From contig WELB01000006.1 of NCBI GenBank assembly GCA_009602725.1, forward strand, positions 656,991-720,748: DNA of 63,758 nucleotides, written 5' to 3'. This stretch comes from Spirogloea muscicola. Taxonomy: Eukaryota. Position numbers and translations under genes: made by a program. Below the pieces are notes generated by a model. The model saw nothing but the letters and a program-made list of their open reading frames with translations, was not told where the DNA came from and did no database searches. Positions 63,637 through 63,758 of the stretch are shown here, piece by piece (position 1 is the first letter of the stretch; every line of letters begins with the position of its first letter).

Positions 63637-63758
<122 letters not shown>

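Overview
Eukaryotic, GC-rich, intron-dense genomic DNA from a green plant-lineage organism. A streptophyte alga is inferred from land-plant-type gene families, short GC-rich introns and TTTAGGG-like repeats. It is a draft assembly with N gaps and poly-T/A filler at GC-rich gene 5' ends. About 15 spliced genes are recognisable, in almost strictly alternating orientation: Lhca5, lipid phosphate phosphatase, NSUN6-like methyltransferase, SUB1-like, epoxide hydrolase, FIE, tafazzin-like acyltransferase, DUF1336 protein, SR45a, MRS2, AP-2 sigma, a bromodomain + histone-fold Spt7-like protein, ATG18, an atypical thioredoxin and an MFS transporter. A truncated METTL21-like gene sits at the start. Three intergenic clusters (~0.8-6.3, 19.2-20.8, 55.7-59.4 kb) consist of 5'-truncated copies of several subfamilies of a restriction-like-endonuclease (RLE) non-LTR retrotransposon. 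These copies are nested inside one another with readable target-site duplications, lack poly(A) tails, end in a conserved hairpin plus pyrimidine end, and lie next to telomere-like repeats. The most interesting items are this self-targeting retroelement system and the Spt7-like gene. All family assignments come from recalled motifs, not database searches.
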